From Podarcis erhardii (Eukaryota): a DNA stretch of 64,000 nt. The notes under the pieces are model-generated. The model searched no databases. It was not told the origin of the DNA and saw only the letters and a list, made by a program, of their open reading frames with translations. Within the stretch, counting starts at the first letter, position 1. Each line of letters starts with the position of its first letter. The translations under genes and the position numbers were made by a program. The stretch lies in the NCBI GenBank assembly GCA_964252035.1, contig OZ176207.1, one strand, 5' to 3'. This document shows positions 23,125-35,280 of the stretch, one piece after another.

Positions 23125-23907
23125 TATGGTAAAAAAAAGAACACAAGTAAAATAAAACAACAAAAGAGACAATAGAACACTCACTGAAATGTGAGTATCA
23201 GACATTAGGGCCCAATAAGTCAAATTAAAATATTGTCTAAGAAGTTATGACTCGGAAGCGGTGGCTGCTTCACCCACAATATACCACTGGGTGAAGCAGA
23301 CACCATGCTCTGATTCTCATACCAGCCCTGAGCGATGTATTGATTGATACATCACCCAGGCTTGGTTCATGTAATGCCAAAGTGGGACTTGTCATTCTGT
23401 CTAAATGGCCTCAGAATATGTGTTGTCAGTTATGAAATTTAGCTTTGGTAAAGGTGCCTGAGAAAGTGGAAGAGGTGATAGATGTGCTGGGAGGGTGACG
23501 CTAATTCAGGAGCTGCCATATAGCAGGCAGATAAGTAACTGCAGAAGAATTAAAGCTTTGTTGCCTTTGCTTGTGCCCAGACAAGGCTGTGGGCAGAATT
23601 ATTCTACTTGTTTTTTATTAAATTTATATACCTACCTTCATCCAAAGATCACAGGGTGGTTTACACTTACAGCATAAAAATACAAAAGCAAAGCACAAAT
23701 CAGCTAACATAACAACAACAAACCCTTCTCCACAAACTTATTTAAAAGGCCATAGTTGTTTAATCAGCCAAAGGCCTTGTTATAGAAGGTTTTTTTTTTG
23801 TTTGTTTTTTTTGCTATTAAGAGAAAGGGGTACTATCTCAGTAGAAAAGGCCTCCAGCAGTTATCTACCAGAAATTTGTAGGAATGTTGTCTTTCTTAGG
23901 CCAGTAA

Positions 23908-24093
<186 letters not shown>

Positions 24094-25806
24094 GATTGCC
24101 TTCTTCAGAAGACGAGTGTTGCAAAAAATGTTCACGTGCCACTTACCTGCTTGAAAAGCTGCTATTTCTTCTACTGGAAGTAGAGGGTTCTGGGAACATT
24201 GTTCCATGTTTCCGCACATGATGAAGTTTTTTATATGACATATTTATTGCAGATGGTGATGTAAATGACTGTGTGTGTGTGGGGGGGTCCTCTTTACCAA
24301 AAGTCCCTTTGATAATTCATGCAACTTTTCTACTTAACAGTTTTTGAGTAATACAATTGTGGCATTTGTGCAAGCCTCAATTTGCTGTTTTATGTAGAGC
24401 AGTAAGGCTGCCGTCCTCAAGATGGCCCAAGCCACCTTAGGATGCTGTGTAAGTGCTGCTCAGTGGGTGGAGAGGAGTTCCACTGGCAGAACAGTTCTTA
24501 CACTCCCAGTGCACCCCTAAAATTCTCCATTAGTGTACACGTAGCGTTGAAGATGTGTTGTGGTAGGGCTTGAAACGGGATGGATTGCAGCAGGCCTTCG
24601 GATCTGCAGGATCGAATGGCCCCACAGAAAGGGTCCTGGAATAGACATAGTGATTTTCCCCCTGCTCCCCTTCTGGCTAGAGCAAGCCGCAGGGGTTAGG
24701 CAGTGCCACATCCTCCACCCATGCCACCCCCTTTGGAATTGCTTTGGTCAGCTGTGTGTTGAATCACAGTAATAACTAAAGCTTTCGTTGCACTGAAAAT
24801 TTGTTCTTTCATTCTCTGGATTCATTGAGCTGAGATGCACACACTCTCTGCATTTGAGCAACCATATAATCTTACTAAGCCAAGATGTGCACAAGCCTTT
24901 TACATATACTGTACAAGCAGTTCCCTTGTTCCTGAGCTATGATTAAAGCAGGCCAGCTCTAATTAACCATGATTCCCTGTTTGGTTTGAATGGGAAACTA
25001 GAACTACCTGCTTCTGAATAAGCCAGGGTATTAAACCATATATTGAAGTTGGTTTGATAACCCGCCTTGTTTCAAGGCAGGTAACTGAAGTTTCTCAGTT
25101 TCAATGAGACAGGAAGCTGTGGTTAATCGGAGCTTTCCTGGTTTAATTGGGGCTCAGGCAGACAGGTTTAATGTGCAAGCAGAAGGCTTGTAGCTGTGAT
25201 CATCTGAGCTAGATCAGTCCTTCAGAGGAGCCAGCAGAGATTACTCCAGGATCATTCCTCCTTGTATCAAAGAGTATGGAAAGCAAGCTTGAAGATTGTC
25301 TTCCAATCTGTATCCAAGGCCAGCAGGTATTTTGCAAAGTCAAAGTCTTAATGGCTTTCTTTCTGCAGTTAGGATATGGACTGAAGGCACGTAATGCAGT
25401 TAGCTTTTTGAAGCTAAGTAAATAATAATATATAGGTGTGGGTCTTGTCCAGGGTGTGGATAAACAACCACTTGGCTACTTCATGTATGTCACATTTTGC
25501 TCTTGGAAAGAAAAGTGGGATACCTAAATAACACCAAGAGCCAAAGGCAATCAATGTTCTTAGTGCTCAGTTTGAAATCAGGGTGCCTGTATCCTTGGCA
25601 TGTTGTTTTGCCATTGTGCATGTGCCTTTCAAGGGGTACAGGCATACAAGCAGCTCCTATTGTGCTGTGCCGCATTTCTGTGACTAAGAACAGCAGCTAT
25701 ACAGAAATGGAAAAGGGTTCAGTGGTAATGGAAGAGCAGTGGGGGGGGGGGGGTTAGGCAGGTGTGTGTTTTTTTTTTTTTACACTGCCATACCTTCTTC
25801 ATAAAA

Positions 25807-26172
25807 GGGACGTGGGTGGCGCTGTGGGTTAAACCACAGAGCCTAGGACGGAGCCACAGAGCAGAAGGTCGGCGATTCGAATCCCCGTGACGGGGTGAGC
25901 TCCCGTTGCTCGGTCCCTGCTCCTGCCAACCTAGCAGTTCGAAAGCACATCAAAGTGCAAGTAGATAAATAGGTACTGCTCCGGTGGGAACGTAAATGGC
26001 ATTTCCGTGCGCTGCTCTAGTTTGCCAGAAGCGGCTTAGGCATGCTGGCCACATGACCCGGAAGCTGTATGCCGGCTCCCTCGGCCAATAAAGCGAGATG
26101 AGCGCTGCAACCCCAGAGTCGGTCAAGACTGGACCTAATGGTCAGGGGTCCCTTTACCTTTACCTTTACCTT
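25807..26172 (+). mobile_element. Sauria-type SINE in the putative RRM2B 3' UTR
   Basis: Full-length body with (ACCTTT)n tail; 12-bp TSD TACCTTCTTCAT at 25791-25802 and 26173-26184. Confidence 0.93.
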
Positions 26173-26414
26173 TACCTTCTTCATGAATGGTCTTAAGCAT
26201 TGAATTGGATTGTTTCACCCTGAAAGCAATACAGTATGTTGGAAACTCCGCTGAATAGCAAAAATTATGCTCACTCCACAGGGTATAATATATTTTCTCG
26301 ACTTCTTGTTGGGGGAGGGGGAAACACTATTTCAGTTAACAATGCAAGTGGAGCATACAATTAACGAGTGCTCAGTTCAGTTGGAGGTGAATTCATGTCG
26401 TATGTAAACATATC

Positions 26415-26560
26415 CCTGGGATGGCGTAGTTGGTAGAACATGAGGCTCTTAATTCCTGTCTTGTGGGTTCAAGCCCCACGCTGGGCAAAAAAGATTCCTG
26501 CATTGCAGGGGGTTGGACTAGATGATCCTTATGGTCCTTCCAACTACAGTTCGTCTATGA
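26415..26560 (+). mobile_element. tRNA-Lys(CTT)-derived SINE with CR1-type tail
   Basis: Head aligns to tRNA-Lys-CTT (CTCTTAAT anticodon loop, GGTTCAAGCCCCACG T-arm). Tail GCAGGGGGTTGGACTAGATGATCCTT matches the CR1 3' end near 54946-54990. Confidence 0.8.
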
Positions 26561-26685
26561 CATAAAGATTTGCAGCGCATGGCAGAGCTATAATTGTAGC
26601 GCTGATGACTGCATTTACTGTTGTCACCACATTTCAAAATAGCGGGGCTATACCAGTGTGGACAGTTAGACTGAATTGCCCTTAG

Positions 26686-26835
26686 AGAGGCAGGTGGCCA
26701 TAGTGGATAGAGTTTTGAATAGAAACTCTGGAGGTCTGGGCTCAGATCACCTTTCAGCTATGAAACTCACTAGGTGACCCTGGGACAGTCACGCAGAACT
26801 TTCTGCTGCACCTTCCTCACAGGGTTCTTGTCATC
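26686..26835 (+). mobile_element. Old MIR/CORE-like SINE fragment
   Basis: Degenerate tRNA head (CATAGTGGATAGAG) followed by CORE-like CTCACTAGGTGACCCTGGGACAGTCAC. Confidence 0.55.
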
Positions 26836-28164
26836 ATTTTGGGCAGCAGGTGTCATGCTTGTAGCTTTGAGTTCCTTGAAGAGAGGACATGGAAGGAGTA
26901 AATAAGAAAAATAAGCAATTACTTCTACATGACAGGGAAGGGTGGGTTCCTTCCCTGGCTTAAGATTATTTCATTTTAACCTTCTCAATAGAGGTTTCTG
27001 TTAATTGAAGTATATTTTGCAATGAAACATGGTTTAAATTCATGTAACTTATAAAGAACGTTTATGTGTACTTCAGAAAAGGAATATGACAACTGCCTGT
27101 TTTAACACTTTATTTTCTTTAGAAACCATAATTCTGGTTACTCGAAACAAGTCCAGCTTCTGCCATAACGTGCTCCAGGAGGACTAATCATAGAGTCTGA
27201 AGACTTCTGGCTGGAAACTTTGGCCATCTGTTCACTGTAGCTCTGACTGCATGAGTGCCATGTGGTTGACTATGTGTCCTATAATATGTCTTGAGTAGAT
27301 GTCACAATACAATATCAGAATTGGGTCTTTTGTGGAGTTTTTTAAAGCAACTTCCTTATACAGCATGTACTGAAAGCATCAAAGCCAGAAACTGCCTGGC
27401 CACAGTAGTGAATGGGGGAAAGAGAGAAAAGTTGAGGTTGAATATCTGAAAAGGTTTCAATCAAGCCAACCCTGTTTGATGAATAGTCAAGTCCATTTCG
27501 GCTTTTAATATTTCTTAGCCCTTTTGCGTTACCAAGGGCATTTCAGTCTTTGTCCCCAATCCAGCTCTAGTCAATCTAGTGACTGTACATAAGGATGGGT
27601 ATTCCTATTTGAATAGGGACATCCAGATGTTTCAATGGATCCCAGATCATAATTGCAGTACGGATGGCCAAATGGTCAGAGGTCTTCACAAGGATGCAAA
27701 TCAATTATGTTGCTGGATCCAGGCATTCACAATGCATCTTATAACAGACCTGTGTGAGGGCTGGTTAATCCTTTGCCTACAGCAAATGAGTAAAACATAA
27801 CACAAGATGGATTATATAGAAACTTCATGACACAGCCCATCATTTTTGAAATGCCTGCAAGCAGCTTTACCTTCTCATTCCTGTGAGCCAGATGTATTCT
27901 CGCAACACGTTTGCAGCTGTAGGAGAGTCTGTCCTGTGACCAAAGAAATAAATAAGGGCCCTCAGTATGTGAGGAGGACAGGTGTACTAAAGGGGGACAG
28001 AAGAAAAAAATTCCTTTTGTTTAGAAAAATATACAACGGCACAAATAAAATTTGCTGGAACAGCCTCTACCGCCTGTGGTTTTCATTTTGCAAGTTTTCT
28101 CATATTTCACAAATAATGGTGCATACTACTTTTGTGTAAGCTCCGATGTACTGTTTGAAGGTAC

Positions 28165-28320
28165 CGTCGCCCAGTAGAAGGCCACATTCAGGGTATGCAG
28201 GCAGTCTGAGGTCCAATCCCTGGCATTTCCAGATAAAAGCAAGTGGTGGAAAAGGTGTGAGATTCTGCAGAGCCACTGCCAATCAAAGTACACAGTGCTT
28301 GACTGGATGGACAAATGGGG
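28165..28320 (+). mobile_element. Degenerate tRNA-derived SINE (same family as 42560-42880)
   Basis: GGTCCAATCCCTGGCATTTCCAG box-B region and GCCACTGCCAATC...ACAGTGCTTGACTGGATGGACAAATGG body and tail. Confidence 0.55.
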
Positions 28321-29075
28321 CAGGATTCAACCACCGTGTCCCATCAATGCAAGGATTTCTGCTTGCACAATGGGACTCCGTACAACATGCCCTGCATCCA
28401 TAAGAAAAGCATTTTGGCTGTCCTTGTTCAGAGCTTTGGACGCTACTGCCCTGAGCAGTTTTCAGCACCTCTGGCTTTCTTTTCTGTACTCAAAAGGCTC
28501 CTGGCTTTTTAAGATACCTGGCTAAAATCTTCCCACTCTTTAGCCTTTAATGCTTGTTGACGCTGGTGGGAATTTCTAGCCAGTTGTTGTGATGCATCTT
28601 AATTGCAAAATGAAACCCCGGTTTGTCCATGTGATGGAGCGCTTGAGCCACTTAATGTTCTTCGTAGCTGGGAGTGTGCTACAAATAACATTCTTTCAGA
28701 GAACAGAAATTCATGAACACAGTATTTTTATGCCTAGTATTGCAAAGGCTTCATGTGCACCCTGAACTTCTAAACCTGTATACAAAGGGACAAGTGCCAT
28801 CTACATTATTATCATTAGTAATTAAATTGGTTGGTTGCTTTTTCTTGCCCAGAGCGAGCCAAAGCAACTTACAAGCAGACAGACAAAGGACCCCCCCCCC
28901 AAAAAAAATACATTAAAAACACCAAAGGCCTGGTTATAGAGGGAAGTTTTTTGCCCAGCACCAAAGATATATAATTATGGCATTTGGTAAGTCTCGTGGT
29001 AGTTGTATCTAACCTACCTTTAGACTAGAGACAGGTTGAGGAACTTCCAGAAGAATCTTGCTAATTTTTTTATTC

Positions 29076-29203
29076 CACGCATGGGGTACCTGTTGCCCTC
29101 CAAATGATGATAAACTCCAAAGCCCATCAGCCTTAGGCAGCTTTAGGGACGATGGAAGTTGCAGTCCATCAATATCTGGAGGGTCACAAGTTTCCCATCC
29201 CTG
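29076..29203. mobile_element. Decayed hAT-type MITE
   Basis: Degenerate TIRs (CACGCATGGGGTACCTGT / ACAAGTTTCCCATCCCTG); same family as 44454-44591 and 31610-31735. Confidence 0.6.
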
Positions 29204-29659
29204 CTCTATGGTAATTCTGATTCAGTTATCTTGAGTTCCAGGGGTCGCCCATTTTGCCACCTGTGGTGAAATTGGAATTATCCTCCCACTGCCCCCTCAC
29301 TTCTGCCATTGCCAGAATGTGTGTCCCCCCTAAACTTGGGGAGAGTTGGGGTGCTCCTCAAGGCACTGCTGCTGCTCCTTTTCTCTGTTCCAGGGGCAGA
29401 GAAGAGGAGTGGCAAGGCCACTTGCTGGTGAGAGGTGGGCATTCCAGCAGTGGTGGAAGAGGTGAGGTGAGTGCTTCATCCCACCTCATTGGTGGGCTGG
29501 CTCTGCTGAGTCCTATCAGTTATGTAGACCTGAGGTAATTCCAAAGCTTGGAGAAGTACAGAAAAATCTTCAGAAATAAAATTCCTCTATGGTGATAGGA
29601 AACCCCCAAAGTTGTCCAATGAGGACTGAGCATGCCCAGTGACCCCAGAATGCTTATTG

Positions 29660-30146
29660 GCTGTTGGGAGGGTTGGCATTCATTTGCCTCAGGAGACAAT
29701 GGAGGAGTGTGTTTGGGGGGCCAAGTCAAACTGTTGGAAGCTTACAGCACCCTCTCCGATACAGGAGAGACATGTTTTGTTGCAGCTGAGGCAGAAGAAG
29801 GCGTCTGGTTGTGCTGTTGCAGATGCACCAGGGCATTTCTTCTCTCCATGCTCCTCCCAGCGGCCATTCCTCCTCTTGTCACTGCTGTGGCTGCACGACA
29901 GGACCGTCTCTAGGCACTGCACTTGTCTGTAAGGGATTCCCACACGATGGGGTTGATGTTGCCAACTTTCATGCCACGTTGGCAGACATCTTTGCAACAC
30001 AGAGTTGGTCTGCCAACGGGGCTGGTGCCTGAAGCCATCTCCCCCTAGAGCACTTCCCTGGGGATCCTGCCATCTTCCACTCTGTGTACATGACCAAGCC
30101 AGCATAGATGTCCCTGAGACAGGAGTGAGAACATGCTGGGAATGTG
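29660..30146 (-). mobile_element. RTE-clade LINE 3' fragment
   Basis: Minus-strand peptides HIPSMFSLLSQGHLCWLGHVHRVEDGRIPREVL, GRPTLCCKDVCQR and FFCLSCNKTCLSCIG match RTE ORF C-terminal motifs. Confidence 0.8.
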
Positions 30147-30148
30147 TA

Positions 30149-30408
30149 CAGTGGTACATCTGGTTGTGAACACGATCCGTTCCGGAGGCCCAAACGCAAT
30201 ATGAAAAGAGCACAACCCACAGCGATGTGTCTGCACACATGCGGGTTGTGATTTGCCACCTCTGCGCATGCGTGTGACGTCATTTTGCACTTCTGCCCAT
30301 GCACGAGTGGTGAAACCCGGAAGTAACCCTTTCCGGTACTTCCAGGTCGCTGCGGGATGTAACCTGAAAGAACGTAACATGAAGCAAATGTAACATGAGG
30401 TATGACTG
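30149..30408. mobile_element. Tigger/pogo-like MITE at the 5' edge of the RTE fragment
   Basis: TA|CAGTGGTACATCTGGTT...AACATGAGGTATGACTG|TA. Confidence 0.75.
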
Positions 30409-30544
30409 TACTTGTGAACTGTTGGGAAGAAAACAACTGAAAGCTAGGTGGGGAGTAGAATGGAATGGAAAGACAAGAAGGTAGGAGGAACAGATACCTA
30501 CATATAATTTGCCCATTCTCTTGTGGTCTTGACATAAGCTGGTT

Positions 30545-30596
30545 GCCACCTGCTCCCTCATCAGCTGGGGAAACCCAGCCAGATGGGTGGGGTATA

Positions 30597-30638
<42 letters not shown>
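30545..30638 (+). mobile_element. L2-type LINE 3' tail ending in an (AAT)14 microsatellite
   Basis: GGGAAACCCAGCCAGATGGGTGGGGTATAAAT followed by (AAT)n at 30597-30638. Confidence 0.6.
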
Positions 30639-31609
30639 TATAGCTCAATATTGGCCTGCTCTCCAAGAGAGGTGAGCTTTGAAGGCTTCCTCTCAGACAT
30701 ACACATATCATTTTGTTGCAATGACCTGATTCTGTTGAGTAGCCACAGGTAGGCTTTCAGCTACGAAGAAACTAATAACACAGCAGTTACATTAATAGAT
30801 AAATTAAGAGGTAAGTAAACACCTGGGCTGGGCAGGGGTACCTTTACCTTTAAACACCTGGGCTAACAATTGCTTTGACACCCTTTTCTGAAGGATGGCA
30901 AACATTTAAATCCCAGTATTAAATCTGTACTTTTCTGCTATGCAGATGGGCAAGCCTGTATATGAATTCTTACGTGCTGATACTTATTTGGTATCTGGAT
31001 TGAATTGGTGTTGGTGTTAACATCTACAATTGGAAGCAGAGATAGATATCATGCTGTTTGGCTGACTCATTCCTCACCCTCTGAGCAGTTGTTACACTCT
31101 CACTTGTTCGGTTTCAAAAAAACAACCCAAACACCAAGGTGCCTATAAAATGTTTAGCTGTTTTTGAACAGACTTGTTTTCTAACCATTCCAAACCACAG
31201 CTTGGAGGAATAGGAAAAAACTGTGGTGTACAGGTGTCTGTCTCCTTCTTTCATGTGTTCATCTTAATAGAATATTTCCTCATTTGTCAAACCACGGTTT
31301 GCTGTGATGTACAAACTGGCAAACTGTAGTTTAAGCGAGCCCTGCAAAACAGGATCAAGCTTGTTTTTTTCTTCCCCACTGGAATTCTTCGTGACTTTGC
31401 TTTTAGTAACCACCTCCGGTAATGCCCACACATCTTGAGCTCCTTTCCCTGTTATTTAATCAAGCCACAGAACCATACCTAGCAATTCTCTGAGCTTATT
31501 AAAATGAGCTTTCATGAAACCCAAGATACATGTTTGGCTTCTGTAGTGGAGCAAGGTATTACTGCTCAATCTACAGACAGCTTTAAATTCTTAAATGCAG
31601 TGGATATAC

Positions 31610-31735
31610 CAGAGCTAGTTATCTCTAGGTGTTATTGGACCAACTCCCATCATCCCTGCACACTGGGCATGCTGACTGAGGCTGATGAGATTTGTAGGCT
31701 AACAACATTGGATAGCACCATGTTGGCTACCCCTG
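31610..31735. mobile_element. hAT-type MITE
   Basis: Right TIR GGCTACCCCTG; 8-bp TSD GGATATAC (31602-31609) / GGATACAC (31736-31743). Confidence 0.8.
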
Positions 31736-32548
31736 GGATACACCAAGGACTTGACAGTTTCTCCCACACCTGTAATGAACTTTGAAACTTGCACTAATCC
31801 TGCTTGTCCCCAGCCTGTTCTTTGGACTAGCCGGATAAGCACAGGAATTATCACAATTCCTGCATGGTTTGTTGGTGACACTGTGCACGGCACTCCCAAA
31901 GCCTCTGTCTGAAAGCAAACTAAACCAAAACTATGCCAAAACTAGAAGCGTCAAGGATAAAATTCAGAGTGCTATATGCAGTTCCAATATTCCAGCTGCA
32001 CCCAGTAGGTGGCTCTAAAACATACCATAAACTTGGCTTTGCAAGAGTTAGGTGCCTTATGACACCTTGTCAAACATCACGCCTTTGCAGTGATTTTTGT
32101 TTAGTTTTGCTATTTTGGGCAGTTTTAATCACCAGATCATCTCCAATTATCTTGCCTTTTATCCGGAGATTTAATAAATCAAACCTGAACATTTCTGCCT
32201 CCTCCAGTTATAGGGTATGGCTGATCAGTCCCATTCTCTCAAAATGAGCAGCAGGTGCAGGAATAAATGTCATTAAATGCCACTTTCCTTCCTCCACTTG
32301 GGGTTGAGCCGCGAGGTTTAGATCAAATGGCCCCTCTCACTCTGAAAACAGGACTTGTGGAGCTGAAATAGCAACCACTTTCTGACAGGTTTTATTTCTC
32401 TACCAAAAAAAGCCAGTGTGCTTTCTTTAAGGTTGCAGGGTCGTCTTCTTTTATAATTCTCTGAACAATCCTCAGCGTGTGAGAGGAGTTGGAAGCCATT
32501 TTTGCGGCTGACCCTTTTCCACACTATGCACAGAAGCGGCTGCCATTT

Positions 32549-32570
32549 TGTGTGTGTGTGTGTGTGTGTG
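32549..32570. repeat. (TG)11 microsatellite
   Basis: Directly visible dinucleotide run. Confidence 0.95.
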
Positions 32571-33295
32571 ATGCCCCGCTCCCTGCTCCCCATAGCAAAT
32601 ATTTTGTGACTGGTGCCTCTAGCGCTCTCCCAAAATCTGAAATGCGGCCATTGGTCCCAAAACGTTGGTGACCCCTGTCTTAGTTGATCAACATTTTTTA
32701 ATTGATTAAGCTAACCAATTATTTGATTAAACATGTTAACCATTAATATCCGGTAAGGGGTTGCTCCTGAGTGTCTGCACCGTCACACAATGTGTACCAG
32801 TCGTATTAGCCAGCCAGCTTCATTAGTCTCAGTTATTTTGGCACATATCTGTATCTTACACTAATAAACCAAAAGGGAAATGTTGCCTGAGGAAAAGCAG
32901 GCTCATCAGCAAGAATAGTCTAATGAATGCTACGATGTTGGCTGGCATATGAATATTTATCAAGGAGACATCTTGTGATGTGTGCAAGCTGCTTGCATTA
33001 AAGAACTCGACGCACACTATTTTGTGCATCTCTGGAGATCCTATATGAGGATGCAAATGGACTGTTAAACTCCAGTTCAGTGATTAGCTCCTGGATATGC
33101 TGGACCTGAAGTTTCAGTACTTATCATAAATCTGGCATTCCTTGATTTGTTTGCTTGGCACTTCTGCCAAGTAGAATTGGACCAGTCACAACTCAGACAT
33201 TGGTCCCAGCGTATCAGTGCTGGAAGGGATGCATTTCACTGTTAGCTACAAGTGAAGTTTATCTGTTAGTGGCTTTCTTCCAGAGGTAAATAGTA

Positions 33296-33537
33296 CCGTG
33301 GTACCTCTGGTTATGTACTTAATTCATTCCAGAGGTCCATTCTTAACATGAAACTGTTCTTAACCTGAAGCACCACTTTAGTTAATGGGGCCTCCCACTG
33401 CCGCCACGCCGCCGCCGCATGATTTCTGTTCTCATCCCAAAGCAAAGTTCTTAACCCGAGGTACTATTTCTGGGTTAGCAGAGTCTGTAACCTGAAGCAT
33501 ATGTAACCTGAAGCGTATGTAACCCGAGATACCACTG
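33296..33537. mobile_element. Tigger/pogo-like MITE, family A copy 2
   Basis: TA|CCGTGGTACCTC...GAGATACCACTG|TA; colinear with 18172-18413. Confidence 0.9.
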
Positions 33538-34925
33538 TAACTGGATAAGTAGAGAAAATTCAAGAAAATAGATCACCTTGAAACCTCTAAGGTGAGTATT
33601 AAACTAATGATCTTACACTTGAATCAATTTTGCTAATTTTCACACAGTTCCATTTCACTATATATTTATTTCATGCTCCCCTCAGCACTCACTGTGGACA
33701 AACTCAATGCATTTTGCAGACATGGGTGATGTGGGAAAGTCAAACCTATTGGAAGTTATGGAAGGCCGCACTGGCTACATATGGAGGTTACTTAAGGGTT
33801 CAATCTCCTGGAATGCAAAGTAGGGGTGTGGCTCAGGAGAGAGAGCCTTGAGGACCAGAAATAGAGAGTGGTTGGAGAACCAGATTTGGCTCCCGGGTTT
33901 GAGGTTCCCCATCACTGCTCTAGGCAATTGGTTCCACTGTTCTCAACCATCAATAAATTTCTACTAATATTCTACTGAACTCTACCTTTCTGTAACTGAA
34001 GCTCCTCTACTCTTGTCTTCTCAGGCAGCAGAGAACATGGCATCTTCTATGAGTACTAGCAACCGCATGCCCTCCCAGCCTCTCTTCCTCAGGCTAAACA
34101 TTCTCAGAAGTCAGGCTCACTAAACACCATTCTCACCACCCCCAGTTATAAATGTTCCCCCAAATAGGGAACAAAGCTGTTATTAACTATTCTCATCCCT
34201 CCTTCTTCATTCAGTGTCATGTCAAGGTTATGTTCCTGTATCATGAAATTATCGTGGAAGTAAGCATGGAATATTCAGTTTGTCGATACCCAATTTTGAG
34301 CACTTGTCTGGTATATTTGCATTTAAGTGCAATGCTTTTTGTAATTCATTCCCGTGAAACCTATTGTCATGCCTTTGCGAAAAATTGAGTCAGATACACT
34401 TAATATACATAATGGATTTGCTTTTGCAAAAAGGTCAGGTGGAAAGAGCTTTCCCACCATTCATATATTGCTCAAGGGATTAGATAAACAGATAAGAAAC
34501 ATTTCAATAGTTCAACAGATTTTTTTCAAGTGGCTTTGGAGCATTCAGTACAATGGCCTTAATTGTTGGACAGAAAGAAAGGTCAGAGCTACCTGAAGCA
34601 GAACTCCATTAACTTCAAGGTCAGGTTATTTCTCAATATCTATGCAAGAATCAGTATTTGTCCTAGGTCTGCTAGGTCCAGTGGAAGAGTTCATCACGAT
34701 GCAAAGCAACGATTTGTGAAATAGTTGTTAAGGTGTGCCTGGCCACTGAGCATCTTACGTTACCCAGGTAATTTCAGCCAGTAGATGCCACAGATGTTTC
34801 TCGTTCTCCCCACTCTTAAGTCCTTTCCTGTGCTCTGCACAAATAAAATGTGGTGCCACTGTGCAAAGCCTCATCATTGCATTATTTAGGTTGCCATGCA
34901 TTCTTAGCTCGGGGCTACTATTTGG

Positions 34926-35280
34926 GGACACGGGTGGCACTGTGGGTTAAACCACAGAGCCTAGGGCTTGCCGATCAGAAGGTCGGCGGTTCGAATCCCC
35001 GCGACAGGGTGAGCTCCCGTTGCTCGGTCCCTGCTCCTGCCAACCTAGCAGTTCGAAAGCACATCAAAGTACAAGTAGATAAGTAGGTACCACTCCAGCA
35101 GGAAGGTAAACGGCGTTTCTGTGCGCTGCTCTGGTTCGCCAGAAGTGGCTTAGTCATGCTGGCCACATGACCCGGAAGCTGTACGCCAGCTCCCTCGGCC
35201 TGTAAAGCGAGATGAGCACCGCAACCCTAGAGTTGTTCGCAACTGGACCTAATGGTCAGGGGTCCCTTTACCTTTACCTT
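34926..35280 (+). mobile_element. Sauria-type SINE, full length
   Basis: Head, body and (ACCTTT)n tail; TSD TACTATTTGGGG at 34916-34927 and 35281-35292. Confidence 0.93.

Larger units (their letters stand above)
24094..28070 (+). other. RRM2B: Probable long RRM2B 3' UTR containing SINEs (extent inferred)
   Basis: The first AATAAA hexamers I found outside repeats are at 27947-27952 and 28044-28049, the latter followed by a GU/U-rich tract. Mammalian RRM2B also has a multi-kb 3' UTR. The end point is an inference. Confidence 0.45.

Noticed and set aside
26415-26487. Possible tRNA-Lys(CTT) gene
   Set aside because: The acceptor, D and anticodon stems are disrupted and it runs straight into a CR1-type tail, so it is a SINE head rather than a functional tRNA.
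29689-30752. Cluster of 95-188 aa ORFs
   Set aside because: They are explained by an RTE fragment, a Tigger-like MITE, an L2 tail and an (AAT)n run read in various frames.
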